A stretch of 24,241 nucleotides of DNA, from contig JAAZEC010000134.1 in NCBI GenBank assembly GCA_012512495.1, forward strand, positions 1 to 24,241, given 5' to 3'. Positions within the stretch are counted from its first letter, which is position 1. The number at the start of each line of letters is the position of its first letter. Source of the stretch: Erysipelothrix sp. (GTDB lineage: Bacteria > Bacillota_I > Bacilli_A > Erysipelotrichales > Erysipelotrichaceae). The position numbers and the translations under genes are program-made. The notes under the pieces are model-generated. The model was not told the origin of the DNA, searched no databases, and saw nothing but the letters and a program-made list of their open reading frames with translations. This document shows, in pieces, positions 1 through 6,699 of this stretch.

Positions 1-1074
1 CGCGCCGACGATGAAATTCTTCATGACCGTCAGTTGGTGGTCCATGATGATAGGAAGCTTTAGGTTCACTGGTCCAGCGAAACCAACAGGAGCATTGGTT
101 AGTTTGACAACGTCATCGGCAGAAGCGAGTTCAACACTCACTGCTTCGAGTAACTTCTGTAGCTTAACTTCATTGACCTCGTGATCACCACGAAGACAGA
201 TGGCATAGAACTTTTCATCAATCTTGTAAATGAGTGTCTTAACGAAATTCTTAACATCTTTCTGTAAGAAATCAGTGACTTCTTCAATCGTTTTAGCATT
301 AGGTGTTAAAACGAGTTCTTTCTCTAGTACTTCAGAATCATCGTGATTCTCTTCAATGACACAACCAGCAATCTCTAGGTTAGTCGAATAGCCAGATGGT
401 TCATGTAATACAAGGATATCTTCACCAATGTCTGAGAGTGCCTGGAACTCTTCAGATAGTAGGCCACCCATGACACCAGTGTCGGCTTTCACGACCACGT
501 AGTCTAAGCCCATCCTCTGGAAGGCTTTGTGGTAGGCGTTAAACATCAGCTGGTAGTTGTGGTTAAGACCTTCCAAATCCACATCAAAGGTATAGGCATC
601 TTTCATGACGAACTCGCGGACCCGAATCAGGCCAAAACGAGGACGTGGTTCATCTCGGAATTTCGTTTGAAACTGGAACAATGAAACAGGTAAATCCTTG
701 TAAGATTTGACCCCCATCGCGGTGGCGGCTGTAAATAGTTCTTCATGAGTTGGACCTAAGACAAAAGGCTTATTAAAGCGATCTTTTAATTGGAACATGG
801 AGTCGCCAAAAAGCTCGCGACGTCCTGATTCAATGTATACCTCTTCGGGTATTAGTGCTGGCATGGATAGCTCTTGGGAACCAATCGCTTCCATTTCTTC
901 TCGCACAATTTGTTCTATTTTGTTGAAGACTCGCAATCCCAACGGTAGTAACATATAGACCCCGGAAGAACTTTTCTTGATCATTCCAGCTCTGACCAGT
1001 AGGTTACCGGCTGCCGAATCTTCGTCCTTAACGTTCTCTCTTAACGTATAAAAAAAGCTTTGACTTAATTTCAT
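1..1074 (-). CDS. proS: Prolyl-tRNA synthetase, 5' part (runs off the window start)
   Basis: Translated by hand, not in the ORF track. ATG at 1074, SD GAGGTGA at 1079-1085 (minus). MKLSQSFFYTLRENVKDEDSAAGNLLVRAGMIKK...LGPTHEE...QTKFRDEPRPRFGLIRVREFVMKDAYTF (class II motifs), then the editing insertion (KTIEEV...VKTLIY...LRGDHEVNEVKL). Frame open to position 1. Confidence 0.97.
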   Translation of the reverse strand, partial: MKLSQSFFYTLRENVKDEDSAAGNLLVRAGMIKKSSSGVYMLLPLGLRVFNKIEQIVREEMEAIGSQELSMPALIPEEVYIESGRRELFGDSMFQLKDRFNKPFVLGPTHEELFTAATAMGVKSYKDLPVSLFQFQTKFRDEPRPRFGLIRVREFVMKDAYTFDVDLEGLNHNYQLMFNAYHKAFQRMGLDYVVVKADTGVMGGLLSEEFQALSDIGEDILVLHEPSGYSTNLEIAGCVIEENHDDSEVLEKELVLTPNAKTIEEVTDFLQKDVKNFVKTLIYKIDEKFYAICLRGDHEVNEVKLQKLLEAVSVELASADDVVKLTNAPVGFAGPVNLKLPIIMDHQLTVMKNFIVGA

Positions 1075-1094
1075 AGTGTCACCTCGCATGAATG

Positions 1095-1103
1095 ATTATA
1101 ACA
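1095..1103 (-). promoter_or_regulatory. Extended -10 promoter for proS (TGtTATAAT)
   Basis: Reverse complement of 1095-1103 is TGTTATAAT, about 10 nt upstream of the proS SD. Confidence 0.7.
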
Positions 1104-1111
1104 CAGGATTA

Positions 1112-1120
1112 TGGTATAAT
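1112..1120 (+). promoter_or_regulatory. Extended -10 promoter for the hydrolase (TGgTATAAT)
   Basis: Perfect TGnTATAAT about 10 nt upstream of a GGAGG SD. Confidence 0.7.
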
Positions 1121-1141
1121 AAACCAAATTGGAGGACAATC

Positions 1142-2038
1142 ATGCGTATCGAAGAGCTTATTTTAATATCTAATATTGATCACCATCAAATGAATGGTAC
1201 TATTTATCGGCCTGATCAGGTGAAGAAAATAGTGTTATTGATTCATGGCATGGCGGAACATGAGAAACGGTATCATGAGCTCGCATCTCTTTTAGCTAAT
1301 GAAGGTTGTCTGGTGTTGTGCCCAGATTTAAGAGGCCACGGTCGCAGTCCTAAGGACGGAGTGATGGGCTATTTTGGTGAACAGGATGGCTATTTTAAAA
1401 TGGTTCGTGATTTGTATCAGCTGGTTAAGAAGATCAAAGAAACCTATCCAGTGGAACTCCTCGTTTTAGGCCATTCCATGGGTTCGCTATTTGCGCTTGA
1501 ATTCCTGAAAAGGTACCCCAAAGAAGTGAGCGGCTTATTGTTATCGGGCGTGCCAGTCAAGAATAGTCTAGCTCCGCTTTTGAACACCATTTTGAAACCA
1601 CTCGCCAAGACCAAACCCAAAGAACCAAACCTAATGATTCAAACCATGATGAATAAGACCTTCAATAAAGATATCAAGAATCCGACAGGGGACTTGGATT
1701 GGGTCAGTGCCAAAAGAGAATCCAGAGAGGCTTACCTCAATGATCCATTGTGTGGTTTCCCATTCACCAATGCGGGCTATTTGGATTTGTTCTCGTTGAT
1801 GGGCAGTGTCTATTCTAAGAACAAATGGCGCCAGAGTGATCAAAACTTACCTATCTTTATTTTCAATGGGCAATACGATTCTGTTTCCAATTCCAAGCAG
1901 ACCGTTGAGTTTTTACATCAGAAGGGTTTCGTGAATGTCAGTTCCTTTAGCTATGAAGCGTCTCGTCATGAAATCTATTATGATAATGACAAAGAAGCCG
2001 TACTGAGGGATATCACGGAAGTAGTCAAAAACAACTAA
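1142..2038 (+). CDS. Alpha/beta hydrolase, lysophospholipase/monoacylglycerol lipase-like (Hydrolase_4), 298 aa
   Basis: IHGMAEH, DLRGHGRS, nucleophile elbow GHSMG, late Asp (GQYD) and His (RHEI). Start moved from 1076 to ATG 1142, which follows GGAGG. Confidence 0.9.
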   Translation: MRIEELILISNIDHHQMNGTIYRPDQVKKIVLLIHGMAEHEKRYHELASLLANEGCLVLCPDLRGHGRSPKDGVMGYFGEQDGYFKMVRDLYQLVKKIKETYPVELLVLGHSMGSLFALEFLKRYPKEVSGLLLSGVPVKNSLAPLLNTILKPLAKTKPKEPNLMIQTMMNKTFNKDIKNPTGDLDWVSAKRESREAYLNDPLCGFPFTNAGYLDLFSLMGSVYSKNKWRQSDQNLPIFIFNGQYDSVSNSKQTVEFLHQKGFVNVSSFSYEASRHEIYYDNDKEAVLRDITEVVKNN

Positions 2039-2075
2039 TTTAAGAATGTTAAATAAATGAAGGTAGGTGAGATAC

Positions 2076-2498
2076 ATGGTGTTTAGAAACATAGTAAGAG
2101 TTTCATTGATCTTAGTGATGTTAGCTTCCTGTAGCTCGGGTATGAAAAAACCAGATGTCACGGACACAATTGCTGCCAAGATTGGTAACGATTATACCGT
2201 AATTGAGTCTGAATCTGTTGTGTCCTGGTCAGAGAGTCCTCTTAAACTGTTACATTTACAGTATGATGACAAAGGATATGAAGAACTGGAGGAGAGATTC
2301 TCTAACACTGAGTTTGATTTGTTTGGGACACATTACCTAAACAATTTGGAAAATACTTTTGGTGAGCTTGATGAATATGAGGTAGTGACAAAGGTTATGA
2401 ATGGAGAATATGAAAAGTTTTACTATCTTGATAATGGGGATGTCGGTGAATACTATTTCATTTTACCTGACAATCAACTGGTAGTATTAAGTTACTAA
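2076..2498 (+). CDS. Hypothetical acidic lipoprotein, 140 aa
   Basis: Basic N-terminus, hydrophobic core, lipobox LASC (Cys19). AGGTGA precedes ATG 2076; GTG 2067 is an alternative start. No family recognised. Confidence 0.75.
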   Translation: MVFRNIVRVSLILVMLASCSSGMKKPDVTDTIAAKIGNDYTVIESESVVSWSESPLKLLHLQYDDKGYEELEERFSNTEFDLFGTHYLNNLENTFGELDEYEVVTKVMNGEYEKFYYLDNGDVGEYYFILPDNQLVVLSY

Positions 2499-2530
2499 GA
2501 GTTACCGTCATGATCAGAAGTTTTAAAAAG

Positions 2531-2559
2531 TTGACATAGTCAATTGATAATGCTATTAT
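2531..2559 (+). promoter_or_regulatory. SigA promoter of the infC operon
   Basis: TTGACA (2531-2536), 17 bp spacer, TG-c-TATTAT (2551-2559). Confidence 0.85.
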
Positions 2560-2565
2560 CTAGTA

Positions 2566-2690
2566 GCAAGTTTAGAAAGTAGAAGTGCTCTTCTCACCTG
2601 ATGACCACACGGACATGGGTAAACGCTTAAACATAGACTATTTAAAGATGTGTAGCGTATTAGAGAAGTGCTCAATGAGTACTTTTTTAT
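2566..2690 (+). ncRNA. L20 leader (ribosomal protein autoregulatory attenuator)
   Basis: Lies upstream of infC-rpmI-rplT. AGTAGAAG...CTTCTCACCTGA block resembles Firmicute L20 leaders. Internal hairpin ACGCT...AGCGT; ends in a terminator. Confidence 0.85.
2666..2688 (+). terminator. Attenuator terminator of the L20 leader
   Basis: AAGTGCTC-AAT-GAGTACTT hairpin (one G-U pair) followed by a T run. Confidence 0.75.
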
Positions 2691-2717
2691 TTGTTAAACC
2701 AATAGGAGGTGAATGCT

Positions 2718-3245
2718 ATTACAAGAAAAAAGAATGACGATTTGGTCAATGAGAACATACGATTTAAAGAGGTTTTAGTTATTGGCCCAGAAGGTGAACA
2801 ACTAGGTGTTATGTTACGCAGAGAAGCATTAGAAACTGCTTATTCATTGAACCTGGATTTGTTTTGTGTCGCACCCAGTGGACAGCCACCCGTATGTAAG
2901 ATCTTAGATTATGGTCGCTACAAGTTCGACCTTCAGAAGAAAAACAAAGAGGCTAAGAAACGCCAGCACGTTACGGAATTAAAACCGATCAGATTGTCCC
3001 CCGTCATTGATAAGCATGATTTTGATACCAAGCTGAATCAAGCCAGAGGTTGGCTAGAAGATGGCAAGAAGGTTAAGATTGATATGCGATTTAGAGGTAG
3101 ACTTATTACTCGTTTAGAAGTCGGAAGAAAGACTATGAATGAATTCGTCGAAGGCGCCAGTGATCTTGCGATTATTGAGAAGAGACCTTCAATGGAAGGC
3201 AACACGATGTCTACTATCTTAGCACCAAAGAAAACAAAAGAGTAA
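2718..3245 (+). CDS. infC: Translation initiation factor IF-3 (ATT start)
   Basis: NENIRFKEVLVIGPEGEQLGV, PPVCKILDYGRYKF, KVKIDMRFRGR. SD GGAGGTG (2705-2711) is 6 nt before in-frame ATT at 2718, the canonical IF3 start. The ORF-track GTG at 2709 lies inside the SD. Confidence 0.97.
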   Translation: MTRKKNDDLVNENIRFKEVLVIGPEGEQLGVMLRREALETAYSLNLDLFCVAPSGQPPVCKILDYGRYKFDLQKKNKEAKKRQHVTELKPIRLSPVIDKHDFDTKLNQARGWLEDGKKVKIDMRFRGRLITRLEVGRKTMNEFVEGASDLAIIEKRPSMEGNTMSTILAPKKTKE

Positions 3246-3267
3246 TTAATATTGAAGGAGCAAGTAT

Positions 3268-3462
3268 ATGCCAAAAATGAAGACCAAAAAAGCTCTTGCT
3301 AAAAGAGTCAAGCGCACTGGTAGTGGAAAACTGAAAAGATCGCATGCCTATGTATCTCACTTTGCTGCTAACAAAACACAAAAGCAAAAACGTAAACTTA
3401 GAAAGAGTAGTTTGATTTCACCAAGCGATTACAAGCGCATAAAAAATCTACTACATAATTAA
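3268..3462 (+). CDS. rpmI: 50S ribosomal protein L35
   Basis: [24 protein letters not shown]; position in infC-rpmI-rplT. Confidence 0.98.
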   Translation: MPKMKTKKALAKRVKRTGSGKLKRSHAYVSHFAANKTQKQKRKLRKSSLISPSDYKRIKNLLHN

Positions 3463-3479
3463 GAAGGAGTGTACCCAGA

Positions 3480-3839
3480 ATGCCTAGAGTAAAGAGTTCG
3501 GTTGCATCACGTAATCGTCGCAAAAAAACATTAAAATTAGCAAAAGGATATTATGGCTCGAAACATAGATTATATCGTACGGCCAATGAGCAAGTCATGC
3601 GTTCCCTACGTTTTGCCTACCGTGATAGAAGACAACTTAAGAGAGAAATGCGCAAGCTTTGGATCACTCGTATCAATGCTGCCGCAAGAATGCATGATTT
3701 AAGCTATTCACAATTCATGCACGGACTAAAAGTTGCCAATATTGATGTCAACCGTAAAATGCTATCAGAAATCGCAATTCATGATCCAAAAGGATTTGAA
3801 TCCATCGCAGCTCAAGTCAAAACAGCACTTTCAGAGTAA
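3480..3839 (+). CDS. rplT: 50S ribosomal protein L20
   Basis: MPRVK...KLAKGYYG...[24 protein letters not shown]...[10 protein letters not shown]. Confidence 0.98.
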   Translation: MPRVKSSVASRNRRKKTLKLAKGYYGSKHRLYRTANEQVMRSLRFAYRDRRQLKREMRKLWITRINAAARMHDLSYSQFMHGLKVANIDVNRKMLSEIAIHDPKGFESIAAQVKTALSE

Positions 3840-3848
3840 CCCGCGAAA

Positions 3849-4301
3849 ATGGGTGAAACTCGAGAGTTAGTACATCACATTATCGTCGATGTATTTAATG
3901 ATGTGCTTAAGCTTCAAGAGAAGTTTCTTCAAAGCAAAGGAATCAATCTTAGTATCTCAGAAGTTCATACACTGGAAGCCATCGGAAATGCTGATAAAGA
4001 CAATCGCATGACAGACATCGCTAACAAGCTGGATATCACGCTGTCTACCTTGAGCATTAACATTAAACGGCTGATCAAAAAGGGTTATGTAGTCAAAGAA
4101 ATCGATCCCGATGATCGAAGAATTGTCCACGTGCTTTTAACGGACAGTGCTTATGACATCTTAAGTATCCATCATGAGTTTCATGAAGAACTAGTCAGTT
4201 CATTTTTCGATGAACTGGAAATCGGTGAAGACCAGGTCCTTCTTGAGTCACTCGAAAAGATAGATGCCTATTTAGCAAAAATGATCAAGAAGTTAAAATA
4301 G
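3849..4301 (+). CDS. MarR-family transcriptional regulator, FabT-like
   Basis: VFNDVLKLQE, LSISEVHTLEAIG, ITLSTLSINIKRLIKKGYV, DRRIVHVLLT and HHEFHEELV match recalled motifs of streptococcal FabT (IFNNVLVIEE, ISIKEMHTIDVIG, DRRVVHLHLT, LHKRFHKAMV). Confidence 0.88.
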   Translation: MGETRELVHHIIVDVFNDVLKLQEKFLQSKGINLSISEVHTLEAIGNADKDNRMTDIANKLDITLSTLSINIKRLIKKGYVVKEIDPDDRRIVHVLLTDSAYDILSIHHEFHEELVSSFFDELEIGEDQVLLESLEKIDAYLAKMIKKLK

Positions 4302-4329
4302 TACTAACGACAATCGTTTAGTACTTTTT
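4300..4329 (+). terminator. Probable intrinsic terminator after the MarR gene
   Basis: AGTACTAACGA-CAA-TCGTTTAGTACT hairpin (one bulge) followed by TTTT. Confidence 0.6.
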
Positions 4330-4349
4330 CTATAAAGGGGTAAAGACGT

Positions 4350-4922
4350 ATGAGAATTATTATTGCTTCGCACAACCCACACAAAATAGTAGAATTCAAG
4401 GAGCTCTATGACGGCGACTTCGTCAGTCTCTCTGACATCGGTTTCGATGAAGAAATCATCGAAGATGGGCACAGCTATTTGGAAAACGCTGAAATAAAAG
4501 TCAAAGCAATCCAAGAGCGATTCCCAGACGATCTCATTATCGGCGACGATTCAGGCTTCTCAGTGAGAGCACTCAATCACGAACCCGGAATTTATTCGGC
4601 CCGTTATTTGAGCCACCTAAGTCAACAACAAAAAAATGAGAAAATTCTAGAACTGCTTAAGGATGTGACTGATCGCAGAGCCACCTTTACTTGTGCCATG
4701 GTCCTCAGCTACCAAGGGCACACTTTTCATACGCAGGAAGTGGTCTATGGTACAATTCCCTTGGAACCCCAGGGCAGTGATGGATTCGGCTACGATCCCA
4801 TCTTTATTCCAGATGGCTATGAACAATCATTCGCTCAAAACCATGAATTGAAAAAGAAGGTCTCCCATCGTGCCCTAGCTCTTAGAAAGATTATCGCTCA
4901 TGTACAATACCTTCAAGACTAA
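4350..4922 (+). CDS. rdgB: Non-canonical purine NTP pyrophosphatase (dITP/XTP, Ham1 family)
   Basis: ASHNPHK, EDGHSYLENAEIK, GDDSG, PGIYSARY, GFGYDPIF, SHRALA motifs. Confidence 0.95.
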   Translation: MRIIIASHNPHKIVEFKELYDGDFVSLSDIGFDEEIIEDGHSYLENAEIKVKAIQERFPDDLIIGDDSGFSVRALNHEPGIYSARYLSHLSQQQKNEKILELLKDVTDRRATFTCAMVLSYQGHTFHTQEVVYGTIPLEPQGSDGFGYDPIFIPDGYEQSFAQNHELKKKVSHRALALRKIIAHVQYLQD

Positions 4923-5577
4923 AATACTACCCGTACTTTGGTCACTAGCGCTCTTGCTGGTGGTCTTTATCACCGTGATTGATTTCTATGCCTTTCGTAA
5001 GCCCTACTATGAGCACATGTACGAGTTAAACGGTACGGCAGAGAGTCTAGCCATCTCCGAGAGTGACCTCACAAAGGCCACTGACGGGCTGCTGGACTAC
5101 CTAAGAGACAATCGCGACGATCTAGATATTTCCGTGAGCATTGCTGGAGAAGAAGTTGCCATGTACAACGAAAGAGAAATATCACATATGGTAGACGTCA
5201 AAGACCTTTACCAAGGTGCCATCCTCGTCAGAAACGTGTCACTAGTTGTCTTAGTCATTACCACGGCTTGGTTGTTTCTATCTGGACTCAGCTACTCACT
5301 CGTGAACGGCTTTACCAAGACCATCAGTACCGTGGGCTTCATTCTAGGATTGGTTGTGTTCTATGCGCTACTGGACTTCAACGGCTTCTGGAACGCTTTC
5401 CACAAGGTGTTCTTTTCCAACGATCTATGGCTGCTCGATCCACGAGTCGATCGCCTTATCACCATGGTACCCCTGAATTTCTTCAGTGGCATGGTCACGC
5501 GCATCGTCGTCACCATCGTGATTGTATTAAGTGTCATCTATGGAGGTTTAGCTACATGGCGGAAACACCAAAAGTAA
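4900..5577 (+). CDS. TIGR01906/DUF1461 membrane protein, probable lipoprotein intramolecular transacylase (Lit)
   Basis: Four hydrophobic segments with the family motifs EREISHMVDVKDL and FHKVFFSNDLWLLDP...LI.M.P..FF. Overlaps rdgB by 23 nt. Confidence 0.8.
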   Translation: MYNTFKTKILPVLWSLALLLVVFITVIDFYAFRKPYYEHMYELNGTAESLAISESDLTKATDGLLDYLRDNRDDLDISVSIAGEEVAMYNEREISHMVDVKDLYQGAILVRNVSLVVLVITTAWLFLSGLSYSLVNGFTKTISTVGFILGLVVFYALLDFNGFWNAFHKVFFSNDLWLLDPRVDRLITMVPLNFFSGMVTRIVVTIVIVLSVIYGGLATWRKHQK

Positions 5578-6095
5578 TTCATATCGTTCTATTCGAACCA
5601 GAAATCCCTGCCAACACTGGTAATATCATGAGGACCTGTGCCGCCTCAAAGATGGTGCTCCATCTGATTGAACCCCTCGGTTTTATCCTGGATGATCGTC
5701 ACTTGAAGCGCTCAGGTATGGATTACCTTGATGATTTAGAGATGATTGTTCACGATGATTTGAATCATTTCTATGAAACCATGAAGGGAACCTGTTATTA
5801 TGTTACAAGGTATGCCAACAGAACTCATTCAGATGTTGACTATCTGAAGAGTGAGGGCGATATCTATCTGATGTTTGGTAAGGAATCGACAGGAATCCCC
5901 CTAGAAATCCTTCATAAGCACCAAAGCCACGCAGTAAGGATTCCCATGAGTGAAACTGCTCGCTCGCTCAATTTAAGCAATTGTGTGGCGGTAGTAGGGT
6001 ATGAAGTGCTGCGACAAAACAACTACGATGGACTCAGTCAACAGGAAGTACAGAAGGGTCCGAATTGGCTTAATGAATTTAATCACATTGATTGA
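5556..6095 (+). CDS. trmL: tRNA (cytidine/uridine-34 2'-O)-methyltransferase, SPOUT family, 179 aa
   Basis: IVLFEPEIPANTGNIMRTC, LKRSGMDY, FGKESTGIP, RIPM...RSLNLSN. Start is ATG 5556 after GGAGG (5542-5546), not 5268. Confidence 0.95.
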   Translation: MAETPKVIHIVLFEPEIPANTGNIMRTCAASKMVLHLIEPLGFILDDRHLKRSGMDYLDDLEMIVHDDLNHFYETMKGTCYYVTRYANRTHSDVDYLKSEGDIYLMFGKESTGIPLEILHKHQSHAVRIPMSETARSLNLSNCVAVVGYEVLRQNNYDGLSQQEVQKGPNWLNEFNHID

Positions 6096-6119
6096 ATAAA
6101 AGCCGATTTTGTATATAAT
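6092..6119 (+). promoter_or_regulatory. SigA-like promoter for ridA
   Basis: TTGAAT (6092-6097), 16 bp spacer, TATAAT (6114-6119). Confidence 0.65.
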
Positions 6120-6161
6120 GGAGTTGTTTTATAAAAGCTCTCAAGGAAAGAGGTTGAATCA

Positions 6162-6644
6162 ATGTTATCAAAAGTAATTACTTCCGAAGATGCACCTAAA
6201 GCCATTGGGCCTTATTCACAAGGCATCAAGCTAGGTGACTTCGTCTATTTAGCTGGTCAGATCGCATTGGATAAAGACAATGAGTTGGTCAATGGGGACA
6301 TCAAAGAACAAACACTGCAAATTGTTATGAACATCGTTGCCCTGTTATCGGAGATAAACTTGGAACTAAGGCATATCGTCAAGACCACGGTTTATTTAAC
6401 GGATCTGGATCAATTCGACGATTTCAATGAAATATATGCGACCTATTTTGCCCATCCATACCCAGCACGTTCGACCGTCGAAGTATCCCGCTTGCCTAAG
6501 GGAGCCTTGGTTGAAATTGACTGTTTCGCCATCGACACCACTGTGTACGAAGAAAAATTCGGCACTAATACTTACAATTCAGACGATTATCCTGAAGTTG
6601 ATTGTGAAGATTGTGAGAGCGGCTGCTGCGAAGGATGTGTCTAG
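6162..6644 (+). CDS. ridA: RidA (YjgF/YER057c/UK114) enamine/imine deaminase with C-terminal Cys-rich extension
   Basis: APKAIGPYSQG, LAGQIALD, IVKTTVYL, YPARSTVEVSRLPKGALVEID (catalytic Arg kept), then a 36-aa extra tail. Confidence 0.92.
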   Translation: MLSKVITSEDAPKAIGPYSQGIKLGDFVYLAGQIALDKDNELVNGDIKEQTLQIVMNIVALLSEINLELRHIVKTTVYLTDLDQFDDFNEIYATYFAHPYPARSTVEVSRLPKGALVEIDCFAIDTTVYEEKFGTNTYNSDDYPEVDCEDCESGCCEGCV

Positions 6645-6671
6645 CAAGTGCGAAAGTACTTGTTTTCTTTT
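6645..6671 (+). terminator. Intrinsic terminator after ridA
   Basis: CAAGTGC-GAAA-GTACTTG hairpin (GNRA loop) followed by TTTTCTTTT. Confidence 0.75.
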
Positions 6672-6699
6672 GTAAATGAAACATTAGGAGGAACTATGA

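Noticed and set aside
1076-1141. N-terminal extension of the hydrolase ORF
   Set aside because: It spans the proS SD and both promoters; the GGAGG SD points to ATG 1142.
2027-2054. dif-like right arm GAATGTTAAAT
   Set aside because: The left (XerC) arm does not resemble known dif sites. The same applies to ATATGTAAATC at 12271-12281.
5268-5555. 96-codon upstream extension of trmL
   Set aside because: Off-frame overlap with the Lit-like gene and no SPOUT-like content; ATG 5556 has a proper SD.
6600-6617. Tandem GATTGTGAA/GATTGTGAG repeat
   Set aside because: It simply encodes DCE-DCE in the RidA tail and is covered by that finding.
2666-6662. Recurring AAGTGC...GTACTT / AGTACT arms in three terminator hairpins
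   Set aside because: Only 6-nt matches with different loops and lengths; not enough to call a repeat family.
6427-6675. Alternative-frame and antisense ORFs of the track (e.g. 1631-1843, 1913-2179, 3038-3274, 4293-4514, 6427-6675, 19310-19657, 20233-20655, 23900-24158)
   Set aside because: All are shadows of well-supported genes, with no SD and no recognisable motifs.
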